Below are positions 34,871-47,517 of a stretch of DNA of 64,000 nucleotides, in pieces (position 1 is the first letter of the stretch; each line of letters opens with the position of its first letter). This DNA is from Macrostomum hystrix (lineage: Eukaryota > Animalia > Platyhelminthes): positions 620,001 through 684,000 of the forward strand of contig CATNEN010000039.1 of the NCBI GenBank assembly GCA_950097015.1, in the 5' to 3' direction. Under the pieces are notes generated by a model, which saw only the letters and a list, made by a program, of their open reading frames with translations, did no database searches and had not been told where the DNA came from. The position numbers were made by a program, and so were the translations under genes.

Positions 34871-35137
34871 CCCAGTCCATGGACGAAGCCTTTAGTACAA
34901 CTAACCCAATTAGGGCAGATGTATTCAATTTTTGAAGGGGTTATGAGCTCTCGTACTCCCGAATTGCCTGCCTTACTTATTCGCATTGCCGCACAAAAAA
35001 CTAACAGAGAAGTCAACTCGCACTGCTTAGTGAATGCAAAAGCAAGCTAAGTCAGCAATTTTACTTTCCCTAAAATCATAAATTGAAAACAGCGGCTCCC
35101 TCAGCAAGAAGTCAGTCGGGCTAACAGCGGCTGCATC

Positions 35138-35479
35138 TTACACAGCCAGGCCGAATACGCTGACAATGGCGTACATGGACTTGTTCTCCCACTTGATGAT
35201 ACAGGAGCCGTCCGTCTGACTGTCCCAGTAGCAGGAGGAGGCCGTGTTCAGCCCTGCACCATTCTTCTGCATCACGAGGCAGGTCACAATGTACTTGAAC
35301 GGCTTGCCCAGCCGAGTGAGCTGGTTCACACACTGTTCAATGACAGAAGAGGTCCACTGGCCCACCTTGTTGTGTGAGTAGTGAGCTGTACCGATCACAT
35401 TCTCCACGCTCTCTTTGATGATGTTGCTCACTTCGTCCACTGAGAAGCTGCTGTCATCTGTAGACTCGAGGTTATCCAT
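35138..35479 (-). CDS. DYNLT1: Dynein light chain Tctex-type 1
   Basis: 113 aa with [15 protein letters not shown]...KPFKYIVTC...[17 protein letters not shown]...TDGSC...[17 protein letters not shown]. Acceptor TTTCAG 5 nt before the ATG; candidate 5'UTR donors at 36508 and 36492. Confidence 0.97.
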   Translation of the reverse strand: MDNLESTDDSSFSVDEVSNIIKESVENVIGTAHYSHNKVGQWTSSVIEQCVNQLTRLGKPFKYIVTCLVMQKNGAGLNTASSCYWDSQTDGSCIIKWENKSMYAIVSVFGLAV

Positions 35480-37608
35480 GGTTGCTGAAATGCATTGTCA
35501 GTATGAGCAGCACTATCGTTGTTGTAGGTGGTAACATCCATTAACCAATTAAACAAAAACGTGTACTTTAAAACAAAATTTTATCTATATAATACGCCTT
35601 AATACTATACATTAGAACACAGTTTTAAGATAACAGTTTATTTACTAAAAGTTTGCGAACAATGTTTTCCTACAAATTATTAATCTGAAATGTTATTATT
35701 TGAAATAAGATTCATATCGGGCTCTGTTGTAATAACAATAGAATAAATTATATCATATTATATTAGATCTCAAATTATATTAGATCTTATTTCAATGACA
35801 GCGTGTCAGATTTTTTTAAATCAAATCAATTTTGTCTTATGCTTTGATATATATTAGAGATTTTATTTCATCCAGAGCCACTGAGAAACTAGTGATTGCA
35901 TTACAATCAACAGGGTAGGCCTATCAAAATAATACAAAATATATAATAATTTATTTTCCATAAAAGTCTTAAACATTTGTTCAATTTTATTACTCTACAG
36001 CGTTAATAATTAATGTTATTAATACATTCAAAATACTACATTAAAATATGAATATGTCGCTTTATAGTATGCACGACTAGAATATCAGAAACGGTCGGAC
36101 AAGTACCCATAAAAACGTGAAGGTCAACGAACTTCAGATAATTTAAGGATCCTAATCAACATTCCATAGATTTTCCCGAAATTTTATAAACAAGAAAATG
36201 CAATAAACATAATTCGTGAGTTATTTGTGAAATAACATAGTTAGTTATTCGTGATCAGTTTTGTTCATAAAAATTTAAGTAATTAAATTTAGTAATTAAA
36301 TATATTAAATTTGATTTTTTGTAGTAACAACAAAACTTTTCTAGCAATAATACAAGTAAAGTTAGATTTTCAGTAAAGTAACACACTTTGATTGTCCATT
36401 AATCTAAATTGTGTATTTTATATTTGCTTTTATTGTTAATTTGCCACGCTTTGTTAATTTACTTGAATGAAAAACGCTCATTAGAAACTTACGGTCTGAA
36501 AACCTCACCGTTGCAGTATCGCGTGGCCTTGACTAAGGCGGCCGTCCAATATGGTTTCATGCTTGTTTCAGAGCAAAAAAATCCTTAAAACTCAACTCAA
36601 GTGTTCGTACATGACTACAAGAAAGGGAAATAAGAAGTATCGAGTGCAGACAAAACGCATACTAAACGGTTATTAATTGATTGTAAGTTTAGAGCAGACT
36701 ATGTCGTAATTGACTATATGTTAAAAATATTTAAATGTCAACAAAATATTTAAGAATGCTATATATTCAGCTTATGCAGTTTTATTTAAGACTTATATCA
36801 GAATCAGTCGCTGAATAAATTCACGCTCTCAAAGACACTCGTACACGAGTTGTGCAGCTAGTTTAGCTCAATGTCTACGAGTATTCAATTTAATTTGATT
36901 CACTCAAATGAATCGACGTGCTTTAAAATGTTGTAAGAATACGTTACGTAATTTTAACTAATTTTAACTAATTTTAGCTAGCGCTTCGCGATAATAATTC
37001 TTAATTCAAATTGCCCATGTATTTTCGTATTTTAAATTCGGTGCAGTCGATATTTCGCTATTTGTAAAACGTTCTGAGGGTCTCACGGAATAAATTGATG
37101 TAGTTAACTTTTTTCCTGATTGGCATCATATTGTAATGTGCGGTTGTTTTTAGTATACAGTTTTAAATATAATTACCACACTTCAAAACCAGTCAGAATT
37201 AAAAATTGACTTTTTGAGAATTGTTTGACTATCTCAAGCTTGAGCCTTGATTTATACGCCTTTATAGTGTTGGAGCGCTAATTTTTAACACCCACAGACA
37301 GAAATGAGCAGTGCTACACTGATTTGCTTTTTGGGTAGCTTTTGGGCAGCACTGACTGCTGCCTTCGAGCCATAAATGATCAGCCCCAGAATATGGATAT
37401 TTTTGTGTTTTTTTCTGGACTGAGCCAAATAAATGAAATTGCTACTAGGCATGGCGTTCTTATCTAATCAACGGAGACTTATTTACCCGAATCGGTCAGA
37501 AAGGGTAAGAAATATAGGCTTCAGCAGCAGAAGTTTGCATAAGAAGCAAAAATACTGCACTAGAAGCTCTGTTTGCGGACAGAGCAGCGCCAACGCGGCT
37601 TCACCGAA

Positions 37609-40279
37609 ATGCCGCGCAACGACAAGCAGCTGCTGGCGTCATCAATACTTTGCCTGTTTTTGCTTGTTGGCAAAGCGCAGCAGCAGCAGCAGCACTATTT
37701 CTGTAACTCCAGCGTGCCGGTCAGTGTCAGCAGTCAAGCCCAGGACGTCAGCCTCGTCACAAGGCCGCAAAAAAATGCAGGCTTCTGGTCTGGACTAGTC
37801 TGCCAGTTCAATATCTGGCTAGTCAGCGGCAACAGCAGTATAAGCCGGGCCTATTTTATCGACATTGAGTCCTTCCATGCCGAATCCGCCGTTCTGAGCA
37901 TTACATCCGCCGATCGAGTGTATTTCCAGTCCTCCAGCCTGCGCAGCCACCAGTCGAGTCTCGCCGTTCCACCAGGTGAGCTTCACATTCGCTTCGATGC
38001 CACTGGCGACCGTTCCGAACTTGTGGGAGCCAGAATCCGAGTTCGAGCCTTCGAAGACAACGGCTGCCCCCCTGGCTGGACGCTTCTGGCAGGCAGCTGC
38101 TTCGGAACCAGCAGCAGCGCGCCCAGTCTGACATTTCTAGATGCACAGAAGGCCTGCAACGGCATGCGCTCCAACCTTCTGCAGCTGCCACTGGAATACT
38201 CCGACAGGGTCGGCGTCTTCGCGCGCCTGTTGCCGTCGGGTCTGAGGCGCGGCTTTGTCTGGGTGGGCCTGACCGACCGCACTAGCGCCGGCCAGTTCAA
38301 GCATTTCTGGCTGAACGGTGACCGCCAGCACCAGTGAGTCTGGAGACTGCATGGGACCCAAGCCATTCTTAGTCTAAGAGTTCAGATCTTTAATATCTTC
38401 ATGTCAACATTCTGTCATCAGCTTTCATTCGTCAGGGTCTTTTTAATATTCCTCCCCAGCCTTACTCCATCCTCACCAGCACTGCGCAACTAGTATTTAC
38501 TGTTGGAATCCAAGCTGCTGTCCTCTCGTCTTAGTAAGTCTACATCTGAACGGAGCCAGGGACTTGTCATTTCAAAAACATTTCGTTTGTTAGACTTCGT
38601 GCAACATTCGCAGCCCAGTGTACATAGTCGGCGAGACGAGACGAGAAAAGTTTCAGAGAATATTTTTTATTCAAGTAACTGCTCTTCGCCCACGAAACGC
38701 AGAACATCTGAAATCGGCTGCTACTGGAGCGGCTCCCGCTATTCAACCTGCCAAGCCACTGAGCGCTGCGGCACCTTCTACGATGGTGGCCGTCGGGCAT
38801 ACGCCATCTACATGGACAACTGCCTGGACAGAAACAAGTGAGCGTTTCTCAGAAATGGCTATTTTCCTAAGAACAGTTCAGTAACTGCACCTCCGGATGA
38901 AGGAGGCTGCAAATTTTAGTAATGCTCCAATTTTTTATCTTTCCTTGTAGGTAGATAAGTTAAGATGATTATTACTACAGGGGCGGTGGGCACAGGCACA
39001 CCTGTTAGCGACATTCGACCCGCACGTTGCGAGGAGGCCATTATTTGGAAAGCCACGGTCTGCGCCTCCTCGAGGTGCTTTCTGGAGGGCTTCGGATCAC
39101 GAAATGCAGACCGGGCTCTTCCCAAGGCCCAGCACAGTACTTACGATGTGCTGGATTTCCTGGAGAAGGCGGGCGCCCGGTGATATGGGCTGACCCGTGC
39201 CTGCCCCGAAGTCGAAGAATAAAACGGAGGCTATTCTGCCGACTCTCCTGACATGCGCACAGATATGTACACACACACAAGCCTGACATGCGCACAGATA
39301 TGTACACACACACAAGCCTGACATGCGCACAGATATGTACACACACACAAGCCTGACATGCGCACAGATATGTACACACACACAAGCCTGACATGCGCAC
39401 AGATATGTACACACACACAAGCGCACACAAAGGTTTACACGTGTTAAAGACTCTCCGGCAGTGTGCGAAATCACTCTTTGGCGGTCATGAGAGTAATTGC
39501 ACAATGGAAATCGTGGGGTTCAAATCAGTGTTATCTCTTTATTTTCTTCTCTAGTCATTGCTGACAAAGCTACATTTTATCAATATACCGTTCGGGTCGT
39601 ACTGCTAATTTTTTTCATCACCGTCTATAATACCTTCACAGACCTCAAAATCTTTACCAGATCTCATTACTTCATATTTACCATACTTTATTACTTACTT
39701 CTTCATAATCAAATATCAACAATGGCGCGAAGACTGCTTGTCGCACCTGAAACACCATTTTCATGTGTTTCCATGTGTTTCATGTGTTTCATGTGAAATT
39801 TCGAAATGTTTCGAAATTTCAGTCGATCCTAGCTAAGACCAGTGTTCTCAACCGCCCGCAGGTTCGCATGCTCGATGCCGCCAGGTGGAACCATCGTCCA
39901 TTACACGGTGCCAGGTGCCGACTCGCTGAACGGCGGTTCGTCCAACCGGTCCGCCTGGGTGTGGGGTGGCATTGCGGTGGGCATGCTGCTGCTGAGCCTC
40001 GCCGTGGTGGCCGTGCACAGCCTCCTGCGGTCCAGCCGATCCCGCCGGGCCGCCGCTGCGACAACAACTGCCGCCGGCGGCCGAGTTGCCACCGCCGCTG
40101 CTGACAACGCACCGGCTGGCTGTCGTTATCCGGAGCCGCCGCCTTCGCCGCCTCCGCCGCCACCACCGCCGCCTCCGCATTTGCTTCCTCACTACCCAGC
40201 CGCACCTCCGAGCTACGAAGCCGCGATCGCGGACACTGCAACTGACGGGGGCCGCTGCAATGGCGGGTTCGACAAGTGA
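37609..40279 (+). CDS. Type I membrane protein (signal peptide, CUB-like, C-type lectin, TM, PPxY tail); exons 37609-38333, 38703-38837, 39862-40279; about 425 aa
   Basis: CPPGWTLLAGSCF...AQKACN...VWVGLTD lectin motifs, TM WGGIAVGMLLLSLAVVAV, and PPSYEAA. Phase-2 introns are consistent. Confidence 0.85.
39247..39422. repeat. 35-bp minisatellite, 5 copies, intronic
   Basis: Unit CCTGACATGCGCACAGATATGTACACACACACAAG. Confidence 0.93.
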
Positions 40280-41691
40280 CCAGCCGATGACAAAGCGTTC
40301 TTAGGAGACGCATTCTACCCAAGCTTTGCATGAGACCAGGACTCCCGCTGAATCCAGGATCCATTGGGATGGGTTCTTTGGTTGCAGGGAGCGAGACCCA
40401 GCAAGCACCTCAAAAAACCATAGACAACCCATTGTTCTGTGAATATGAATCTGAGACATTTTGTGCTGCTTGTGTACTTGAAGTGTCCGACCCTGCTCTC
40501 CTCGATACTCAAGTGTTTAATGTGATAAATGCCTCGTCGCGACCATGCATGAAATAAATTGTAAAGCCGCATAAGGTTTTCAGTTTTTAACTTGCATAAC
40601 AATAATGCTTTTTGTGTCCGACTCCTAAAACTATTGACTGATACAGAAATCCAAAGATTGAGCATCAACTGCACACACTAATCGACGTTTTTCTAATTCC
40701 CACTGTCGCCGTTTCAGAACGCTGCGCAGCAAAGGGATGCGGTTTTCGCTAAAAGGTGTCAAACACCTAGGCCTTTCAGAATAGGTATGTTTCGTTGTCA
40801 AGGACGCGTTGTTTGGTTGCCATAGCAAGAATAAATTTTTAATTAAATCGACCTGCGTAGGTCGAATGTTATTTTGTTACGTTTTGTAACAACGTTTTTC
40901 ACGTCTTTACACGAGCTTACACTGAATTCCTTTGCAGAACACACGCGGGTATGAAATGGCTGAAGCGATTCATGATTAAATATTTTTGTGCGTATTAATA
41001 ATGAGGATCTTCCATATAAATTAAGTAAATCCAATTCCATCTGCGTAATCAAATATATAGGCTGCACAAATAAACTGCACAGGAAAAGCATCGCTTCGCT
41101 CGACTACCTCACCCATCCCGCCATGCAGACCACATGTCTGCAATTACTAGTTTAGAATGTTGCGTATGTATATGTTTGGTATGTTGGATTTACTTTATTG
41201 CTACTGTCTGGACAATGGCAGGTCTGGTTGCGTCAGAACCAGCTTCACAAGAGCTACTCAAGCACTTGAGTAGGAACTTGCAGCTTGCAGCTTAAACTTT
41301 GTTCAGCCGAGAATGGGCTGGAATGAGAGAATGAGAATTGAAAGCCGTCAATCGCCACTATCTAGCAGTGAAGTTTGCGTCGGATTTCACCTGGAAAATA
41401 ATTGGCATCGAATTGACAATAAAAACGCATTGTTTATTGTAAGCTAAAGTAAATGAGGCAGTTGGAAGAATGAAAGAAAAATCGCGCATTTCGTTGCCTC
41501 TTAAATACTGTTAGCATATTGGAAATTACACCAATAGTTTAAAAAAGACTACGAGTAAATATATCTTAAGAAAATCACGAGCGTTCAAGACTGAAGTCAG
41601 TTTTGTGAAAGAGGAATAGAGAATCGAAAAGCAAATCAGAGGACACACAACAATGTCACGACGCCTAGTTTATTCCGTAGCGCACGACGAC

Positions 41692-44600
41692 TCAGAAGAT
41701 TGGCACAGGTCGACGACGAGGACCACGGACCATCTGAACTAGGCCATTAGCGGTGGCCGGGAACCCACGAGCAGGCCGCACATAACGCAGAGTGCGATCT
41801 TGCAGCGGGCGCAAAGGACGAGACCCAGACGACGAAGCTGAACACAGACCCAGTAGCTGAATAAGAGAAAAAAGGAAGTAACGAAAATATCATCACATTG
41901 CATAAGATTTCGTAGCGAATTAGTTTTGAAAAAGCTATCGCGGAGACAGCGCACCTGGCAGATCTGCTTGGGATCAGCGTCCTGCAGAAGCAGCTGGATA
42001 ACGTACGCTCCGTACTGACCGATGAACGACTTGCACGCCGCCTGTTCGGCAGTGGGCAGGAATGGACACACACGTTCCAACAGCTGCACAATCTCCTGCT
42101 CAGTCGCGTTCTCCTGAAGCAGAGCCTTCGCGTACTGGATCACCGTCTGGCAGACGTCGCAGGCAGTGGACGAAATTCGACCTGCGTGTGAACCTGGCTT
42201 CAGTGGAGCGACGGAGACACGACTACGAGGCAGCTGAGTGCACAGTCCGAGCGTTGTGCACACTCTCTCGGGACTGAGCCCGCTCACAAGCAGCTGGATG
42301 ATGGTCGGTGTGTACTGTTGAACGAAGTTGTCGCACTCTTGCCTGATAGTCTGTGGCAGCAGGTTGCACACTTGCTCCAGAGCTGCTTCGATTTGCGCTT
42401 GCGTTGCGTTCTGACCAAGCTGCTGCTCGACCTCCCTCATGACGAACTCGCATAGCAGGCACTGAGGGGTGGCTCGCACTGGCTTGCGCTTTCTGATCGG
42501 CGCTGAAAACTTGCCGCTAGAGCACAGTCCGAGCGTTGTGCACACTCTCTCGGGACTGAGCCCGCTCACAAGCAGCTGGATGATGGTCGGTGTGTACTGT
42601 TGAACGAAGTTGTCGCACTCTTGCCTGATAGTCTGTGGCAGCAGGTTGCACACTTGCTCCAGAGCTGCTTCGATTTGCGCTTGCGTTGCGTTCTGACCAA
42701 GCTGCTGCTCGACCTCCCTCATGACGAACTCGCATAGCAGGCACTGAGGGGTGGCTCGCACTGGCTTGCGCTTTCTGATCGGCGCTGAAAACTTGCCGCT
42801 AGAGCACAGTCCGAGCGTTGTGCACACTCTCTCGGGACTGAGACCGCTCACAAGCAGCTGGATGATGGTCGGTGTGTACTGTTGAACGAAGTTGTCACAC
42901 TCTTGCCTGATAGTCTGCGGCAGCAGGTTGCACACTTGCTCCAGAGCTGCTTCGATTTGCGCTTGCGTTGCGTTCTGACCAAGCTGCTGCTCGACCTCCC
43001 TCATGACGAACTCGCATAGCAGGCACTGAGGGGTGGCTTCGATAGGCCTTGTAACAGTTTTCTTAGTGCAAAGTCCAATCACCTGAAATCGAAAGATATA
43101 CGAGCACGTAGAACGAACTGTCATGTGCTATTCATTTCCTGATAGTTGGTGTATCCCCAGCCTTAGTTGTGTGGCTTTCGCCATAGACAATTATACGCGT
43201 GCCTGTAACCGTATGCAAATATACTGAAGACGGCCACCACTGAGCGGATTATTACGCTAAGCCGATTATCTAGTAGAGATACAACAATAGTGTCTGTCCA
43301 AGATAAGGATACTGGAACTTCTCACATATTTATATCTGTGACAAGATCAAATACTACTCGTACAATCACAAAATTCTTGTAACAGTAGTAAATGATAGGC
43401 TGGCTCACCTGGCAGACCTGCGCTGGACTGAGATCCTGGAGCAGCAGTTGGATTACCGATGGCCCATATTGATCAACAAACATCTTGCAGGTAGCCTGCT
43501 CTGCAGTAGGCAGGAAGTTGCAGACCTTTTCCACAGTGTAAATTATCTCTTGCTCGGTGGCATTCTCTTTTAGTAGTGATTTAACATAAACCACAACCGT
43601 TTGACAGGTGTCACAGGCAGTTGGTAATTTATAGGATGAAGTTTTTGAGGAAAGCAGTCGCAGCATCTGAGAGCACAGTCCGAGCGTTGTGCACACTCTC
43701 TCGGGACTGAGACCGCTCACAAGCAGCTGGATGATGGTCGGTGTGTACTGTTGAACGAAGTTGTCGCACTCTTGCCTGATAGTCTGCGGCAGCAGGTTGC
43801 ACACTTGCTCCAGAGCTGCTTCGATTTGCGATTGCGTTGCGTTCTGACCAAGCTGCTGCTCGACCTCCCTCATGACGAACTCGCATAGCAGGCACTGAGG
43901 GGTGGCTCGCACTGGCTTGCGGACTGCAGCTGCCGGAGTTCTTCGACTACTGGTGCAGAGCCCGAGTGTCGTGCAGATCGTCTGTGGACTCAGACCGTTC
44001 ACCAGCAGCTGGATGATGATCGGTGTGTACTGTTGAACGAAGTTGTCACACTCTTGCCTGATAGTCTGCGGCAGAATGCTGCAGACCTGTAGCAACGCGG
44101 ATTCAATCTCAGCCTGAGTTGCGTTCTGACCAAGCTGCTGCTCGATCTCTCGCATAACAAACTCGCATAGCAAGCACTGAGGGCCAGCTTGCAGCTTTGC
44201 CTTTTGTTTAATAGTCTTCGTTTTGCCACAGGCTCCCAACGCCTCGCAGACAGTTTTCGGATCTAGCTCCGAGGCCAGCAGTTGGAAGATAATCGGCCCG
44301 TAATCCTGTACGTTCTTGACGCACTGAAACGAATTGGTTGCGATGCTTTGACTCCCTAGTGTTGTATTTTTAGAGCCCATTCAAATCGTGACGCAGGGCG
44401 AGTACCTGGTCTTTCTCCGACTGCGGCAGAGAATTGCAGACGATGCTCTCCACGAAGCTCTCAATCTCCGCCTGAGTTTTTCCATCGCGCAGCATTTGGC
44501 GGGCCTCAGTGACCAGCTCCTCGCACACCTGGCACTCAATGGAGTCAGCTAGACGCTTCGATTTGGCTTCCTGCTAAAAAATGTAGAAAATTACTCTTAC

Positions 44601-46544
44601 TGAAGTGAGTTTTGCCTTATTTAGCAGCACGACAAGCGGACGACTTAGGTTAAACTGTCTACTGCAAGTACTGTCTACTGTCTATTGGTAAAGTGCCTCC
44701 ACCAGTCCAACTCACCTTCAGTCGCATCAGCTGCAACACCGGGTGGCGGATAAAAGGTGTCGCGCTGCCCAGTTTGAAGTCGGCGCACACCTGCGCTGGT
44801 GACTGCGATATTGTGTGATTCATAATATATTAAAACTTAGATATTGGACTAGCTCATATATTTTTGTGTGTCAACATAATTGCAAAAATGTGAAATCCGG
44901 TGAATTATTAATCGCAGATGGTCCGAAACACCGCAGAGCAGCCCATAGTTCAGCTTGGTGCACCTGCCTGCCCCCAAGCCCGCCAGCCCCTCACACGAGT
45001 TGCAAGCCCAGGCTTATCGCACCGGACAGCACCTGGGAGGCCAGGGCAGGCTGCCTTATCGCGATCCTTATCGCCTGTGTAGGGCAGCAAGGCATTTTAT
45101 CTCTCTAAGCTTAGCAGATCGGGTCGTGGCGCACCTCTCTCTACAGTCCTCGCGGGTCGCACACTCGCACGTCACCACGAAAACCGGTGCCCGCTGCTTT
45201 ATAAACAGCATGCAATTACAAGCCTTTCGCGCTGAGCGGCTTGTGACTGTTTATTAACGACCTGCCTGTCACAACTATTTTTGAACCAGATGAAACGTGA
45301 TGAAAAACCTCGAAACAGTTTTCCAGTAATCCATAAAGTGGCACAGCTCATAAAGTGGCACAGCTCAAAAAGTGGCACAGCTCATAAAGTTGCACAGCTC
45401 ATAAAGTGGCACAGCTTAAAAAGTGGCACAGCTCATAGAGTGGCACAGCTCACAAAGTGGCACAGCTCATAAAGCGGCACAGCTCATAAAGCGGCACAGC
45501 TCATAAAGCGGCACAGCTCATAAAGCGGCACAGCTCAGAGAGGAGCTCAAAGACAAACACGGCTTAGAGCTTGGAGCTGGCAAGCAAAATACACTCACGC
45601 CTCTGGCCAGCTGCCTGATGATGTCAGTGAGGTCTCGGCGGCCAGTCAGCCTATAGCAAATCTGCTGCTTCGAAGCTCCCCGCAGTCCAGGACAGACTGT
45701 CTCGCGCAGCTCGGTGGTGATCTGGTCCTGACTGAGGCCGCGAGCATTATTGACGAACGATTGAACGAGCCTGAGAACCCGCGAGCACTTGCTTCCGCCT
45801 GCGGGGTTGACAGGTCGACAGGCTGGCAGTCCGTGCGGTAACAAATAAGATGCGAAAAATTAAATGGGAATTGCTGCTTTCACATCGAGTATAAGGGCAT
45901 TACCACGATCGTCAGTCCGCCTGGATGGAGAGGCCGGGTTCGGCAGGCGTCGGCACTGGCCGGCCATGACGCAGGCCTTCGCGGGCTGCAGACCGCCGGT
46001 CAGGAGCTCCGGCAGGCCGGCAGACAGGAGCTGGCGACAAATTCTGGCAGAGTCGGCGTCGGCGACGAGGCTGCAGGCGGCAGCGCCGGCTTCTCGCAGC
46101 CGCGCGGGCCCGTCGGCTGCCAGTCGCGTCAGATCGTCGGCCAAGAGGCGGCAGGTGATGCAGGCCCCGGTGATGTCGGCCGGGTCGAGCTGCGGACCCG
46201 AGCTGCGGCTCCAGAGCTGGCCGCAGTGGCTGAGGGCACCGCAGGAGCGGGCCGCGGCCAGACTGCTGCACCAGTGGCCGGGGCCGCGAGAGCAGGGGTT
46301 CGAGCCTGGCAGAGCTGTAGAGTGAGGTGTTGAGTGAGTTACAATGAAATGTTGAATTTAGCTTGAGAGTAGTTTCTTGAGACCGAAATGACCCAACAGG
46401 GTACTATCGATTTGCATTCCGTGCTACTCATATATAGATGCTGAGTGAGCATGCAATCAACAAAATTCTGAATAAGGAAAACTCACCGGCTGCCAAGCCG
46501 CAGATGAGGGCCGCCAGGGCCAGGTGTGCCAGCGAGGCTCTCAT
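41692..46544 (-). CDS. Prosaposin-like polyprotein (1 SapA + 10 SapB); exons 46544-46487, 46314-45904, 45798-45599, 44802-44716, 44570-44406, 44323-43409, 43082-41955, 41856-41692; about 1042 aa
   Basis: Signal peptide MRASLAHLALAALICG, SapA motif CSRGPGHWCSS...CGALSHC, and repeated CxxC...C...C...C...LGLC saposin-B patterns. All junctions are in frame. Confidence 0.92.
45331..45537. repeat. 17-bp minisatellite (CATAAAGYGGCACAGCT), intronic
   Basis: Tandem periodicity. Confidence 0.93.
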
Positions 46545-47286
46545 TTGCTGTCAGTTTGTCAAATAATTAATTACCGGTAGCTCAGGTACAGTTGTAGTTA
46601 TCAACTCCGTGGCAGGTCGGGACTGGCTTCACATACCATATTTTATAGCAGATTCACGGCCTCCACTCTCACGGCTTTGATACCTGCCTGTTTAAAACAA
46701 AACAGAACGGTAATTGTCAGGAAAAGATAGGAATAAGATAAATAAAATGCTAAATTAATTTAATTATTCTGCTTTGTGTGTTTCCTGAAAACTATTTGAA
46801 ATTGTGTTTTCTATAACGCTTTACTATTTTATTGAAAGACATTAAAATGCACACTGCGTTTTCAAATAGTCTTTCTTCTTTGCAGGCATTTACATGCACT
46901 GACTTCTGATCGAGTTACTTCCGATGTAATTCGCTACAATACTTCATTCTATTTCAGATAGTTTTTAATAAATGTATGAGATAAATTTACGAGTAAATTT
47001 AATGAAAGGGGACTGGATGGCTTCAGTATTTTTGTTTGAAATTATTTTTTTACTCTAGCAACTGACATGATATATTTCTTAGGAAAATTGTGCATAGCAG
47101 TGTGTAACATGCAACAATTGATGTAGCACTCATTTATGATGGCGCGTGTGTAGTTCCCATCTCAGCCACGTCTTTGGTAAGGCAAGTGCATTTCACTACT
47201 TCTGATTGGCTGTGGCTGAGTCCGTGAGCTCGAAACAGATTCAGCAGCCATGCGTTACAAATAAGCAACCTCTCACACTAATCCTA

Positions 47287-47509
47287 ACCAGACCAGACCA
47301 GACCAGACCAGACTAGACCAGACCAGACCAGACCAGACTAGACCAGACCAGACCAGACCAGACCAGACCAGACCAGACCAGACCAGACCAGACCAGACCA
47401 GACCAGACCAGACCAGACCAGACCAGACCAGACCAGACCAGACCAGACCAGACCAGACCAGACCAGACCAGACCGGACCGGACCGGACCGGACCGGAACG
47501 GACCAGACC
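47287..47509. repeat. (ACCAG)n/(ACCGG)n microsatellite directly upstream of the GPCR ATG
   Basis: About 44 pentamer units. Confidence 0.95.
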
Positions 47510-47517
47510 TGTTCACC

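Noticed and set aside
38965-39251. GC-rich segment in lectin-gene intron 2 as an alternative exon
   Set aside because: No frame-compatible donor or recognisable domain; the lectin domain completes without it.
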